This document shows positions 62,636 through 64,000 of a DNA stretch of 64,000 bases, piece by piece. How positions within the stretch are numbered: the stretch's first letter is position 1; every line of letters starts with the position of its first letter. Below the pieces are notes generated by a model that was given only the letters and a program-made list of their open reading frames with translations, made no database searches and was not told the origin of the DNA. The stretch is taken from contig JADJEF010000020.1 of the NCBI GenBank assembly GCA_016702335.1, positions 1,538,032 through 1,602,031 of the forward strand, read 5' to 3'. The position numbers and the translations under genes were made by a program. The DNA is from Rhodocyclaceae bacterium. Its GTDB lineage: Bacteria; Pseudomonadota; Gammaproteobacteria; Burkholderiales; Rhodocyclaceae.

Positions 62636-64000
<1,365 letters not shown>

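Overview
This is a high-GC (about 65%) proteobacterial chromosomal window, probably from a betaproteobacterium; the coaE-zapD synteny suggests this. No rRNA, tRNA, CRISPR array, integrase or transposase was recognised by eye. Gene order is as follows.

(1) Housekeeping: coaE and zapD. (2) An OmpR-type two-component pair, divergent from a tightly coupled 5-gene operon: PqqD/RRE-like protein, ATP-grasp ligase, type-III PLP decarboxylase, urea-transporter-like membrane domain fused to an M23 peptidase, and a secreted TPR protein. (3) A lower-GC islet carrying HD-domain and SnoaL-like genes. (4) Several MBL-fold hydrolases, a GlxA/AraC regulator, a lipocalin, a GAF protein, a UbiB-like kinase and an EamA transporter. 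(5) A divergent FbpC/FbpB-like ABC pair. (6) A yqiJ - flotillin - 64-aa ORF - 1759-aa AAA+ giant protein operon. (7) A copper-acquisition island: three DUF2946-like paralogs, a Crp/Fnr regulator, PCu(A)C, two TonB-dependent receptors, a BNR protein, a TlpA-like redoxin, a GGDEF-EAL protein and a Tat-exported Csp1-like copper-storage protein. (8) A Fur-box-controlled iron island: fbpA divergent from hemP-bfd-bfr-P19-cupredoxin-polyferredoxin-tonB-exbB-exbD. (9) A TonB-dependent receptor - CobN/HmuS-like chelatase - ChaN - ExbB-like - DUF2149 cluster. (10) A secreted esterase and the start of katG. Two paralogous PIN + small DNA-binding protein pairs are also present.

The most striking feature is a conserved non-palindromic element of about 27-40 bp, consensus aatCGCCGTnnnnCCAGCGCCGACTTGSGG. 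It is present in at least 13 copies, all in the same orientation on the + strand. Copies lie in intergenic DNA and inside coding sequences of genes on both strands, where the element is read in three different frames.
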